Part shown: one piece after another, positions 34,121 through 42,854 of the stretch
Layout: each line of letters starts with the position of its first letter
Position numbering within the stretch: the stretch's first letter is position 1
From: Microgenomates group bacterium GW2011_GWF2_46_18
Lineage (GTDB): Bacteria > Patescibacteriota > Microgenomatia > UBA1400 > UBA12108
Direction of reading: 5' to 3'
NCBI GenBank assembly: GCA_001002415.1
Contig: LCMB01000002.1
Coordinates: 3,434 to 53,694 of the forward strand
DNA length: 50,261 nt
Notes under the pieces: generated by a model
The model's database searches: none
Seen by the model: the letters and a program-made list of their open reading frames with translations, nothing else
What the model was told of the DNA's origin: nothing
Program-made: the position numbers and the translations under genes

Positions 34121-34735
34121 TCACAATGCTTTTTCGATTTGGTATGATCGCCATTTAGTATTGCCACCCGGAGGATTAAATTCTTTTTGGCTCCATTTAA
34201 CTCCCCTAATTTTATCTAGGAGCATTCCAACTCGGCCTTTTCCTTCAAAGTCAGTATTTGGGTTTATAAAGGTTGGACCTATATAGGCCTTACCTCCATT
34301 TTTCAGAACTCGAGTAATTTCAAAGAGGTGGGCTTGAGTAGTAGTATATTCTTTTTCTTGCTGTGAGTAGTAAACGCTACCCATTGAATCTATGACTACA
34401 TCGAAACTCCCACTCTCAACTGGGAGTTCGGGATTAATTGCGATAATCGCGTTTGCAGTTTTGTTTGCTTCTCTAAAGCTTTCGTGTGCTAAGGATGGAT
34501 TAATACTAAAGACAGTTAAGTCGGGCCTTTTAACAGCTAATTCCTTTTTTAGTGTCTCCTTTCCAGCGCCAATATCGAGCACACGGCATCCTTTAGGAAA
34601 TTCACTAATTAAACTATCAATATTAGGGAAACCCAGCATATCCGCATACATTTCAATCCCCCGATCTGTGGGCGTGGTTTTGATTATCTGCTGCGTTTTT
34701 TCTGAGTAACCTTCAAATACTTTAGGGTCAACCAT
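34121..34735 (-). CDS. Class I SAM-dependent methyltransferase
   Basis: Motif I VLDIGAGKE and the downstream acidic-loop pattern. Confidence 0.65.
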   Translation of the reverse strand: MVDPKVFEGYSEKTQQIIKTTPTDRGIEMYADMLGFPNIDSLISEFPKGCRVLDIGAGKETLKKELAVKRPDLTVFSINPSLAHESFREANKTANAIIAINPELPVESGSFDVVIDSMGSVYYSQQEKEYTTTQAHLFEITRVLKNGGKAYIGPTFINPNTDFEGKGRVGMLLDKIRGVKWSQKEFNPPGGNTKWRSYQIEKAL

Positions 34736-34768
34736 ACTAATGAATATTTACTTCCTTATTAAACCAAA

Positions 34769-35050
34769 TCAACACAAATCAGCGATGATGGGGATGACCT
34801 CGACACAGGGATTCCCCCAACTATGGTGTTCGGCCATATAGCGATGAATTTTGGGGATATTAATATCTGTCGTTTTGAGGGTCATGATCACGACATCGTC
34901 GCCGGTTATTTTCTTCTCTTCGAGCCACATCAATCTGACGTGCTCATAAATCTTGGTAGTAACACACAATTCTTGCTCAAGAAGGCCAGTGCATAACTTG
35001 ATAGCCTCTTCTTTAGTGGGGCAAGGGATATTGATAAACACTGGCTTCAT
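34769..35050 (-). CDS. CutA-like divalent-cation tolerance family protein (tentative)
   Basis: The pattern of MKPVFINIPCPTKEEA..., ...LKTT... and HSWGNPCVEVIPI resembles CutA1 (HPYE.PEI..LPI). Start set at the third in-frame ATG. Confidence 0.4.
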   Translation of the reverse strand: MKPVFINIPCPTKEEAIKLCTGLLEQELCVTTKIYEHVRLMWLEEKKITGDDVVIMTLKTTDINIPKIHRYMAEHHSWGNPCVEVIPIIADLC

Positions 35051-35102
35051 CGAAACTTCATCCATCGATAAATAGTATACCATTTGTTATATAATTTTCT
35101 GG

Positions 35103-35348
35103 ATGGCACAAGAAATGAAGATACTAGATCCAAAACAACAAACAGCCGAGGAGATAGTAACTGCTTTGCTTTCGAATAAACGGCGCCAGTACACCGAGAG
35201 CTCACATGCGGAGATTTTCCGGCGTCTAATCCTTACCATTACTGAATTTAATGCAAAAGCTGCTCGTACCGAACGATTTATGCTGATGCTTGCCACTGCC
35301 CAAGTAATTTTGGCGATCGCGCAAATATGGTTAGCGTTTAGTAACTAG
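35103..35348 (+). CDS. Hypothetical protein (81 aa) with C-terminal TM helix
   Basis: TATAAT at 35090..35095 lies 7 nt upstream of the ATG, giving a leaderless-type arrangement. C-terminal segment FMLMLATAQVILAIAQIWLAF. Confidence 0.4.
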   Translation: MAQEMKILDPKQQTAEEIVTALLSNKRRQYTESSHAEIFRRLILTITEFNAKAARTERFMLMLATAQVILAIAQIWLAFSN

Positions 35349-35681
35349 ATTTATTATTTCCTCAGCTCCATTGACACTGTGAAGGTCAACGTTGGTGTGT
35401 AGTGCCATGGCTCTGGTCATATTTTCCAGTGTAACGACATTTGCCACACTGATCATTCTACTGACCCAAGCTGGTTCACCATCTTCGGGATGCCCTTGTC
35501 TAAATAGATGGGCTAACCCAGTAGTAGGGTCTATTCCATTAAACCAAAAGGTATATGGATCACCCTCTATTACTACCACATCACCATTTTTTATGTTCTC
35601 TTCAATCTGAATTGATTTGGCAGACTGCCAAGCTGCAAACATGTCAGTTTTTATCTCTCCCCGCTCTCCTTTGAGACTCAT
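35331..35681 (-). CDS. Hypothetical protein (116 aa)
   Basis: ORF only. It is convergent with 35103..35348 and overlaps it by 18 nt. Confidence 0.45.
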   Translation of the reverse strand: MSLKGERGEIKTDMFAAWQSAKSIQIEENIKNGDVVVIEGDPYTFWFNGIDPTTGLAHLFRQGHPEDGEPAWVSRMISVANVVTLENMTRAMALHTNVDLHSVNGAEEIINLVTKR

Positions 35682-35689
35682 GAACGAAA

Positions 35690-36121
35690 TTATACTTCCA
35701 AATTTTTAGAATAGTAGATCAAGGAGTTACCGGGAGGGAAGTTATCGAGTTGACCGTAGGATTTAAAGCCCAGTTTTTCGTAAAAGCCGGGAGCTTGCCA
35801 GGTGAAGGTGTTGGTATAGATCAGGGTACAGCCCCTCTTCTCCCCTTCTTTTTCTAGCGCTTCAACCAGTTGACGACCGTAATTTTGGCCGCGGAGTGAT
35901 TCGGCTACCCAGAGAGAGTTAATTTCAAGCCCATTCCAAAGGACGGTGCCGATAATCCCGCCGTGAACCTGGTGCTTAGAATCTTTGAGGAAGATATTAA
36001 TTGTTTCGGAGGTTCGCGGGTGACCAAGTTCCCGGTGGTAACGGAGCATCCCGGCGGAGAGAACTTTATAATCTTGGAGTTTGGGTCGACCGACAGTTAT
36101 CTCAAAATTGAATTCAGGCAT
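35690..36121 (-). CDS. GNAT family N-acetyltransferase
   Basis: Acetyl-CoA binding motif RGQNYGRQLVEALE and the GNAT beta-bulge region. Confidence 0.75.
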   Translation of the reverse strand: MPEFNFEITVGRPKLQDYKVLSAGMLRYHRELGHPRTSETINIFLKDSKHQVHGGIIGTVLWNGLEINSLWVAESLRGQNYGRQLVEALEKEGEKRGCTLIYTNTFTWQAPGFYEKLGFKSYGQLDNFPPGNSLIYYSKNLEV

Positions 36122-36450
36122 TAAGACTTTTTGGAATCAGCGAGTTTGGTGGCACCTTTACCTAGGCGCTCACGGAGGTAATATAATTTGGCACGGCGAA
36201 CAAAACTGGTCTTTTTGACTTCAATTTTGGCGATAACCGGCGCGTTTAGTGGGAAGATTTTTTCGACACCTATACTGCCAGTGGCGATTTTGCGGACAAC
36301 AAAAGTGGGGTCATTTTGTTTGTGCATAGCGATGACTACACCTTCGAAGATCTGAATACGGGACTTGTCACCTTCTTTGATGGTTTGATGAACCCGGATG
36401 GTATCACCGACATGGAAAGTAATGTCTTTGTGTACGAGAGAGTTGGCCAT
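36121..36450 (-). CDS. rplS: 50S ribosomal protein L19
   Basis: GDTIRVHQTIKEGDKSRIQIFEGVVIA and RRAKLYYLRER. Start set at ATG 36450, 7 nt downstream of the extended -10 TGATAAAAT (36458..36466). Confidence 0.9.
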   Translation of the reverse strand: MANSLVHKDITFHVGDTIRVHQTIKEGDKSRIQIFEGVVIAMHKQNDPTFVVRKIATGSIGVEKIFPLNAPVIAKIEVKKTSFVRRAKLYYLRERLGKGATKLADSKKS

Positions 36451-36496
36451 GCGGGATATTTTATCAGGAAGAAGGAAAATCAGCAATGGCAGCAGA

Positions 36497-36847
36497 TCAT
36501 CTATTTTGATTTGAATTTACTTGTTGCAAGTAATCCTTGACTGGTTTATACAAAACACCTGTAAGCAGAGGTGGCCCTTTGAGAGTTGTTATTTCCTGGA
36601 TTTGCGAAGCAGCTCGTGTTTCTAAATGGAAAAGTACTGCCAGAGTTGATTCTGGATCTAGAACAAAGCTAGATATAACTCCCTGCAGGTCCCAAAGAAA
36701 GAACTCTAGAAAATCTTTTTGATCTTTTTGTTCTACACCTATAGTATCGAAGGCTGAATCTGAAGATCGAAGTACTGCGAGAGGGTGCTCGAGACTAGTT
36801 TTACCGATGGATAATCCATGTATATCAAATACTTCAATAATTGCCAT
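36497..36847 (-). CDS. Hypothetical protein (116 aa)
   Basis: ORF between pyrG and rplS. No motif recognised. Confidence 0.45.
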   Translation of the reverse strand: MAIIEVFDIHGLSIGKTSLEHPLAVLRSSDSAFDTIGVEQKDQKDFLEFFLWDLQGVISSFVLDPESTLAVLFHLETRAASQIQEITTLKGPPLLTGVLYKPVKDYLQQVNSNQNR

Positions 36848-36869
36848 GAAGTATATTTTAATCTTAGTG

Positions 36870-38513
36870 TCAAGAATGTTTATCGGCGGCTTGGAGGAAA
36901 GCCAAGAAGATCGGGTGGGGTGAGAGGGGGCGGGATTTGTACTCAGGATGGGCTTGGGTAGCCAAAAAGAAAGGATGAATTTCCCTGGGAAGTTCGATCA
37001 TCTCAACAAAGAAGTTATCGGGGGAAGTTCCGGAAATGACAAAGCCATGTTTTTCGAGAACTTCGCGATAGGCATTATTAAATTCGTACCGGTGGCGGTG
37101 GCGTTCGTTGATTTTGGTGGTTTTATAGATTTGGGTAGCCAGAGAATCGAGCTTGAGAATACAGGGGTAGGAACCTAGGCGCATACTGGCGCCATTACCT
37201 TTAATCCGTTGATACTTAGGATCGAAAGGAATGTCATGAATAATTGGGTCGGGGGTAGCGGGATCAATCTCGGTTGAGTTGGCACCTTTGAGCCCGACAA
37301 CGTTGCGGGCAAATTCGACGGCGGCGAGCTGAAGACCGTAGCAAAGGCCAAGATAGGGAATTTTATTTTTCCGAGCGTACTCGATGGCCATGAGTTTGCC
37401 GGTGGTACCTCTAGCACCCCAGCCAATCGGGACAATGATACCGGCGATACCCTTGAGAAGATCCGTACCATCTTTCTCGATGACGGCGGAGTTGATACTT
37501 TTGATATTGAGATCAATCCCACTGGCAATTCTGGCGTGATCGAGGGCTTCGAAAAGAGCGTGATAGCTATCTTGAAGATTGTAGTCGCCAGTTTTGAAGT
37601 ATTTACCAACAATCGCGATGGTGATCGATTTGTCCTTGGGGGAGAGCGCTTGATTAACAAATTTCTTCCAGGAACTGAGTTTGGCTGAGCGAGCGGGGAG
37701 ACCGAGTTTGGCGAGAATTTTGGTATCAAAACCTTGTTTCAAAAACGAGAGCGGAACTTGATAGATGGTCGATTGGTCGGGATTGAGGATAATATCGTCT
37801 TTGTGGACGTTACAAAAGAGAGCCAGGCGGTCAAGACGACGGGTGTCAAGGGGAGTTTCGGAGCGAGCGACCAAAAAGTCGGGCTGGATACTCATACTAT
37901 TGAGCTGTTTGACTGAGAGCTGAGTCGGTTTGGTTTTGGGCTCACCCACGTGAGCCGGAGTTGGAAGGTAGGAAACGTGAACATGAACGACGGTGTCTCC
38001 GCCAGTTAGTTTCATGATCCGGCTGGCTTCATAGTAGAGTACATTTTGATATTCACCGGTGGTACCGCCTAGTTCGACCAAACAAATGTCAGCGTGATCC
38101 TGCTCGGCAGCCAGCTTGATCCGGCGGATAATCTCGTCGGTCACGTGCGGGATGGCCTCGATATCTTCGCCGTGGTAACCATTGTCGCGTTCACGATCAA
38201 TCACGGCTTTGTAGATTTGGCCCATGGTAATAAAGTTGTGGGCCCCAAGATTTTTGTTGAGGAAACGTTCGTAGTTGCCGAGATCCATATCGGTCTCGGT
38301 TCCGTCTTCGCAGAGGAAGGCGTCACCATGCTCGATGGGGTTAATCAGGCCAGAATCGATATTGAGATAGTTTTCGCATTTGACCACGGTCACCGCATAG
38401 CCGCGGGATTGCAGAAGCAGAGCGAGTGAGCTAGTGGTGATACCTTTGCCTAGCGAGGAGAGGACGCCGCCAGAAACGAAAACAAATTTGGAGTGAGGAT
38501 TTTTGAGCGGCAT
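36870..38513 (-). CDS. pyrG: CTP synthase
   Basis: FVSGGVLSSLGKGITTSS N-terminus and the GATase region GLCYGLQ, HRHRYEFN. Confidence 0.95.
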   Translation of the reverse strand: MPLKNPHSKFVFVSGGVLSSLGKGITTSSLALLLQSRGYAVTVVKCENYLNIDSGLINPIEHGDAFLCEDGTETDMDLGNYERFLNKNLGAHNFITMGQIYKAVIDRERDNGYHGEDIEAIPHVTDEIIRRIKLAAEQDHADICLVELGGTTGEYQNVLYYEASRIMKLTGGDTVVHVHVSYLPTPAHVGEPKTKPTQLSVKQLNSMSIQPDFLVARSETPLDTRRLDRLALFCNVHKDDIILNPDQSTIYQVPLSFLKQGFDTKILAKLGLPARSAKLSSWKKFVNQALSPKDKSITIAIVGKYFKTGDYNLQDSYHALFEALDHARIASGIDLNIKSINSAVIEKDGTDLLKGIAGIIVPIGWGARGTTGKLMAIEYARKNKIPYLGLCYGLQLAAVEFARNVVGLKGANSTEIDPATPDPIIHDIPFDPKYQRIKGNGASMRLGSYPCILKLDSLATQIYKTTKINERHRHRYEFNNAYREVLEKHGFVISGTSPDNFFVEMIELPREIHPFFLATQAHPEYKSRPLSPHPIFLAFLQAADKHS

Positions 38514-38524
38514 AGTCTATTCTA

Positions 38525-39382
38525 CTACAAAATCTCACTCTTGGGCAAGGTGGAGGTAAAGTCGGCATAGAGGTCGGTGTGGTAGTTACCCTCACCCACA
38601 AAGGTAGCTTTACCATCCAGAATTTTTTCATATGGTAAACAATATTTGCACCCCTGTTCACCTTGAGGGCATTTAAAGCGGTTCAAGGCACGTGCCAACT
38701 TGATCTCTTTCCCAATTTGGAGCACTAATTCGTGGGATTGGGTGAGATCGGGAAGCGATTTCTCGATAGGCATGTCGTCCTTGGCAATGTGCCAGTAACT
38801 GGCCTTTTTGACCGGATAGGTCTGGCAATTGTGGGCGAGCAAGTGGTAGATCGGAAGTTGAAGCGAATCGATGGGTTCCTCCCCTACCCCGGTCTTAAAA
38901 TCGATGATATGGACACTATCTTCGGCTTCCAGGTATTCGAGCCAGTCCAGTTTGCCGCAGAGCATCAAATTATCGGCTTCGGAGAGCCAGTATTGGGGGA
39001 GATCCTGGCCAATTTTGACGGCTTTCCGTTCCAATGGCCCTGGGTGCTGCATCACGCGGCGGAGCATCTCTTCTCCTTTTTCCTTGGAGCGTGATTCGGT
39101 AGCGGCATCACTAAACCCGCCCTTATGGCCGCTAAATTTTTGCCAAACAGATTGGAAGCGATCAATCAGCGAGATTATAAAACGATCTGAAGTCGGGAGA
39201 ATGGAGAGAGATTCGAGAACCTCGTGGACAGCGGACCCGAGAGCCAGGGACGGAGTAATCAGCCCGATTTTGTGCCCGCTTTGGGGATCACGATAGAGAG
39301 AACCTAGGTAGTAGGACCTGGGACAGTGTTTAAAGGCCGAGATACTAGAGTGAGAGAGCCAGACAGCGCTAAATCTATCCAT
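38525..39382 (-). CDS. PD-(D/E)XK nuclease with Cas4/AddB-like four-Cys cluster
   Basis: N-terminal Cys in FKHCPRSYY, nuclease core IIDFKTG and C-terminal FKCPQGEQGCKYC (C-x6-C-x2-C). Confidence 0.6.
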   Translation of the reverse strand: MDRFSAVWLSHSSISAFKHCPRSYYLGSLYRDPQSGHKIGLITPSLALGSAVHEVLESLSILPTSDRFIISLIDRFQSVWQKFSGHKGGFSDAATESRSKEKGEEMLRRVMQHPGPLERKAVKIGQDLPQYWLSEADNLMLCGKLDWLEYLEAEDSVHIIDFKTGVGEEPIDSLQLPIYHLLAHNCQTYPVKKASYWHIAKDDMPIEKSLPDLTQSHELVLQIGKEIKLARALNRFKCPQGEQGCKYCLPYEKILDGKATFVGEGNYHTDLYADFTSTLPKSEIL

Positions 39383-39408
39383 AGCAGATAGTATATAGTA
39401 TTGGGTAG

Positions 39409-40602
39409 ATGATAAGAGGTTGGTGGAAGCAACTCAAGATAATTTTCTACGAGTTCTACCGAAGCGGGGCTTGGAAGGTATTGGTAGCTACTTATGTGGT
39501 GGCATTAATTGGCGGGTTATCGATCAGTTGGTGGGAGGCGGCGACGGCAAGACAAGGACTGACGGCCCAGGTAACTACCAGCGCTGGGGAAATGGCAGAG
39601 TTACAAGCCAGTGCGGAGCAGTACCGGTTGTGGATGCAGGAGGATCAGGTAGTAAAAAATGCAAGCTTGAGTGCAGAAATGAAGAATATCCAGAGTACGT
39701 ATAACGAGGGGGCTAAGCTGTTTGAAGCACGGGCGGATTTGGCGGTTTTTGGAGGGAAGGTAAGCTCGATAGATAATGAACTAGCAAAATTTTTGAACTA
39801 TTTATCCTTGGGAGAGTGGCAAAAGGCCAGCGAGCAGAGCGATAAAGTCCAAGGAGAAATCGATAAATTGGCGGCTAGTTTGGTACCAAAAGCGATGGTT
39901 GCGACAGCCCCAGTTAGTAATACCTTGGCAGCGAGCGGGTACAGCCGGCAAAAAGTTGTAACGGAACGAGGTGAGTTTGTGGTTGCGATGGTAGTAGCGC
40001 CAGGTGCTAGGGTTATGGTCGAGACGGCAAGCGAAAGTGATTGCAGTGATAACTGCCCCACCAAAAGTTTGGCAGAGCATATTGCAGCAGCCGGCGGGTT
40101 TGCCGGGATTAACGGAGCTTACTTTTGTCCCCCCGATTACGCCAGATGCCAAGGAAAGGTAAATAGTTTTGATACGTTGGCTGTGTCAGGCCGTACCAAG
40201 GCGGTGCTTAACCGGGCGAACAATGTGTATTCGACGATTCCGCTAGTGGCCGCTTATGGAACTAGTTTGTCGTTTTACGATCAAACGCTGCAGTGGGGGG
40301 TAGATACGAGTAGCGGCGGAGCCCTGGCCAACTATCCGCGGCTCTTGCGAGACGGAAGTATCGCAACGGATGACAATAGCAGTAAAGGCATGCGCGGATT
40401 TATCGGGGTCAAAGACGGAGGAATTGTGATCGGGCATGTTTATAGTGCATCGTACGCGGATACGGCGGAAGTTTTGCGGACCCTGGGATTACAGAATGCC
40501 TTGAATTTGGACGGTGGGGGGAGCAGTGCCCTCTGGTATGAGGGAGCGTACCGAGTCGGACCGGGGAGAAGTCTGCCAACAGCGATTGTGTTAGTGAGGT
40601 AG
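39409..40602 (+). CDS. Phosphodiester glycosidase family protein (DUF2233/NAGPA-like), membrane-anchored
   Basis: GINGAYF and NLDGGGSS motifs, plus an N-terminal TM segment. Confidence 0.65.
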   Translation: MIRGWWKQLKIIFYEFYRSGAWKVLVATYVVALIGGLSISWWEAATARQGLTAQVTTSAGEMAELQASAEQYRLWMQEDQVVKNASLSAEMKNIQSTYNEGAKLFEARADLAVFGGKVSSIDNELAKFLNYLSLGEWQKASEQSDKVQGEIDKLAASLVPKAMVATAPVSNTLAASGYSRQKVVTERGEFVVAMVVAPGARVMVETASESDCSDNCPTKSLAEHIAAAGGFAGINGAYFCPPDYARCQGKVNSFDTLAVSGRTKAVLNRANNVYSTIPLVAAYGTSLSFYDQTLQWGVDTSSGGALANYPRLLRDGSIATDDNSSKGMRGFIGVKDGGIVIGHVYSASYADTAEVLRTLGLQNALNLDGGGSSALWYEGAYRVGPGRSLPTAIVLVR

Positions 40603-41094
40603 GGCGCGGAGCTGTTTTTTTACTTGAGGAGTAGCGGGATAATGGGCGGTTACGAGTGCCCAGAACCGTTGGCCATGACCGCGCCATTTGAGGTGAGAGA
40701 GCTCGTGGACAACAACATACTCGACGATCTTTCTGGAAGTAAAGGCTAATTGGAGATTAAAAGAAAGAACGTGCTTGGGGGAGCAGCTGCCCCAGTAGGT
40801 TTTGACATGAGTAAAGCGGAGGGATCGAGGGGTTAAACCCATGACAGCTGAGTAGTGATGAACGTGGGTTTGAATGAGTTTTTTAAGTTCTTCATCAGGG
40901 ATAAATCGGTGGGGGGAGGGACGAGGTTTGGCGAGATTGGTTTGGTGCTTACTAATCCAGGCTTGTTTCTGGCTGATAAGGCGATCGATCAAAAATTTGG
41001 GGTATAGGAAGGGAGCGCGGACGAGAAGACGACCCCCGACTCCTATTTGCAGGGAGAGAGAGTGGCGGCGAGAACGGATCAAGGTATATTGCAT
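40591..41094 (-). CDS. YgjP-like (DUF45) M48-type metallohydrolase
   Basis: HELSHLKWRGHGQRFW zinc motif. 167 aa. Confidence 0.7.
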   Translation of the reverse strand: MQYTLIRSRRHSLSLQIGVGGRLLVRAPFLYPKFLIDRLISQKQAWISKHQTNLAKPRPSPHRFIPDEELKKLIQTHVHHYSAVMGLTPRSLRFTHVKTYWGSCSPKHVLSFNLQLAFTSRKIVEYVVVHELSHLKWRGHGQRFWALVTAHYPATPQVKKQLRALPH

Positions 41095-41149
41095 AGTGCG
41101 ATATAATTTATAGGTTAGCTTAACACGATAATAAAGTGGAGGGAGTTGT

Positions 41150-41392
41150 ATGCCAATATTCGTTTTTCCGCCAAATAGATCAGTATCACTACTTGAATTA
41201 TTTGTCGGTGGGGGCAGAAGGAGAAAAATTCCTGGGGGAGTAGAAGCTGAACCGGTGGCTTCTAGTGATGAACCGGCGGAAGGAGCAGATCTAACTGGCG
41301 TGACAGCGATGGCGTTGTTGAACAGTGATATACCTCCAGAAACACCTGAGCCGGGAGAAGAGACAGAATCAATTCCAGCTACTCAAAAATAA
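41150..41392 (+). CDS. Hypothetical acidic low-complexity protein (80 aa)
   Basis: Good SD GGAGGGAG ending 5 nt before the ATG. Pro/Glu-rich C-terminal half. It ends 2 nt from the convergent polymerase gene. Confidence 0.4.
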   Translation: MPIFVFPPNRSVSLLELFVGGGRRRKIPGGVEAEPVASSDEPAEGADLTGVTAMALLNSDIPPETPEPGEETESIPATQK

Positions 41393-41394
41393 GT

Positions 41395-42594
41395 TTATTT
41401 GCCAAAGGCGATCGCGTCGTGGACGTGACCTTTTGATCCCAAAAAGGAACCGTAGGTCACGGTGTACTCACCCCATCGGTCATTGAGTTGATCAAGGGAG
41501 GTAACCAAGGCTTTTTGTTTGGCAGTGTCAACGAGACAACTGAGCTGGGCAGAGTCCTGAATAAGACCAAAACAAGTAAAAGCGATTTTCTTGACTGATT
41601 TTGAAGGAGAAGTGGAAGAGTAGAGAGACAGCGCGGCAGCGAGTAAATCGGCGTCGCTAAAAAGCGGTGTTTTAAGCTGGTGACTAGTGTGCCAATGGGT
41701 ATGATCGGCAAAACGCAGGGAAAGGGCGATACCAGAAGCGGAAGCCCCGTGAGCACGGAGCCGACGGGCGGCTTTACTAATGAGTTTGGCCAAAATGGGG
41801 CGCCAACCTAGATAAGGCAGGGGGTGAGGAAGAACGTAGGATTGACCAAAACTACGCCGAATAAAAGATAAGTCATCAAGTTCGTAACCACGCAAACGGG
41901 TGTACCAGTAGCGACCCAGGATACTCCCAAAAGCAGAATGGAGAGTTTGGATAGAAGCCGAATAAAATTGTAGGGCGGTAAAAATCCCAACTCGGTGGAG
42001 ACGAAGTTCATTCCGGATGTTGATGCCACAAAAATCTTGGAGGTTTAACTTTGTATAGACATCATGGTAGTTATTGCGGTCGATAAGGTCAAAGCCATTG
42101 GGTTTGTGGAGGCCGGAGGCTAGTTTGGCGAGAATTTGGTTGGTACTGACGCCAATACTGACCCTTAGATAATCCCCAATGTCGGATTGGATACGGGATT
42201 TGATCTCCAGAGCAATCTGGCGAGGGTTGATGCCTGGTAATTGTAGAGCGAACTCATCGATAGATTTGCTGACTACGTGGCTGGAGTAATCATTTAATAA
42301 TTCCCCGATATCCCGGTGAACTTGGCGATATTTGGGAGGGTCAGCTCTTCGAGCGATCAACCAGGGACAGAGAGATTGACCTTCGGCTAAGGTCATGCCG
42401 GTTTTGATCCCCCAGAGCTTGGCTTCGACGCTCGGGGCCAGAATACAGCCGTAGGGAGCGAGTGTGTGGACGACAACAATAGGTTTATCCCGCAGGAGAG
42501 GATTGGCTTGCTGTTCGACACTGGCAAAGCAGGAATTAAGGTCTAGATGCATGACCTGGGGGGCGGCGGGATTAAAATCAATCGGGCAAGCCAT
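41395..42594 (-). CDS. Y-family DNA polymerase (DinB/Pol IV-like, catalytic residues present)
   Basis: MHLDLNSCFASVEQ (catalytic Asp and steric-gate Phe), SIDEFAL (Asp-Glu), ILAKLASGLHKPNG. Start set at ATG 42594, with an alternative at 42552. The longer ORF to 42699 overlaps the upstream 79-aa gene. Confidence 0.8.
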   Translation of the reverse strand: MACPIDFNPAAPQVMHLDLNSCFASVEQQANPLLRDKPIVVVHTLAPYGCILAPSVEAKLWGIKTGMTLAEGQSLCPWLIARRADPPKYRQVHRDIGELLNDYSSHVVSKSIDEFALQLPGINPRQIALEIKSRIQSDIGDYLRVSIGVSTNQILAKLASGLHKPNGFDLIDRNNYHDVYTKLNLQDFCGINIRNELRLHRVGIFTALQFYSASIQTLHSAFGSILGRYWYTRLRGYELDDLSFIRRSFGQSYVLPHPLPYLGWRPILAKLISKAARRLRAHGASASGIALSLRFADHTHWHTSHQLKTPLFSDADLLAAALSLYSSTSPSKSVKKIAFTCFGLIQDSAQLSCLVDTAKQKALVTSLDQLNDRWGEYTVTYGSFLGSKGHVHDAIAFGK

Positions 42595-42817
42595 CGCTAA
42601 CCTCCTCGAGAGTCCAGCGTAAAGTACGACTATTGAGATCAAGGCGGAAAAAAAGATCGTCCCCGGCAACAGAGAAGACGTGGTGGAGCGTTGAGCCATC
42701 GCGAAAGGTGTGGTGTAACCCTAGCTGAGTCAATGGATAATCACGATTTTTCCAGGTTAGAAAGAGAGGATGGGTAGAGAAAGTGACGGTAACAGGTTCG
42801 GATAATCTTTGGATCAT
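42578..42817 (-). CDS. Hypothetical 79-aa protein co-transcribed with the Y-family polymerase
   Basis: The ORF starts 7 nt after a TATATA -10 box and overlaps or abuts the polymerase start. No motif recognised. Confidence 0.5.
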   Translation of the reverse strand: MIQRLSEPVTVTFSTHPLFLTWKNRDYPLTQLGLHHTFRDGSTLHHVFSVAGDDLFFRLDLNSRTLRWTLEEVSDGLPD

Positions 42818-42824
42818 ATATGAC

Positions 42825-42854
42825 TATATAACCCGAATTTTAACCGAATGTCAA
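42825..42854 (-). promoter_or_regulatory. Promoter of the 79-aa/Y-family polymerase unit: TTGACA-18 nt-TATATA, predicted leaderless
   Basis: In minus sense: TTGACATTCGGTTAAAATTCGGGTTATATA. It is 20/30 identical to the lexA promoter, including TTGACAT and TTCGGGT. Confidence 0.5.
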
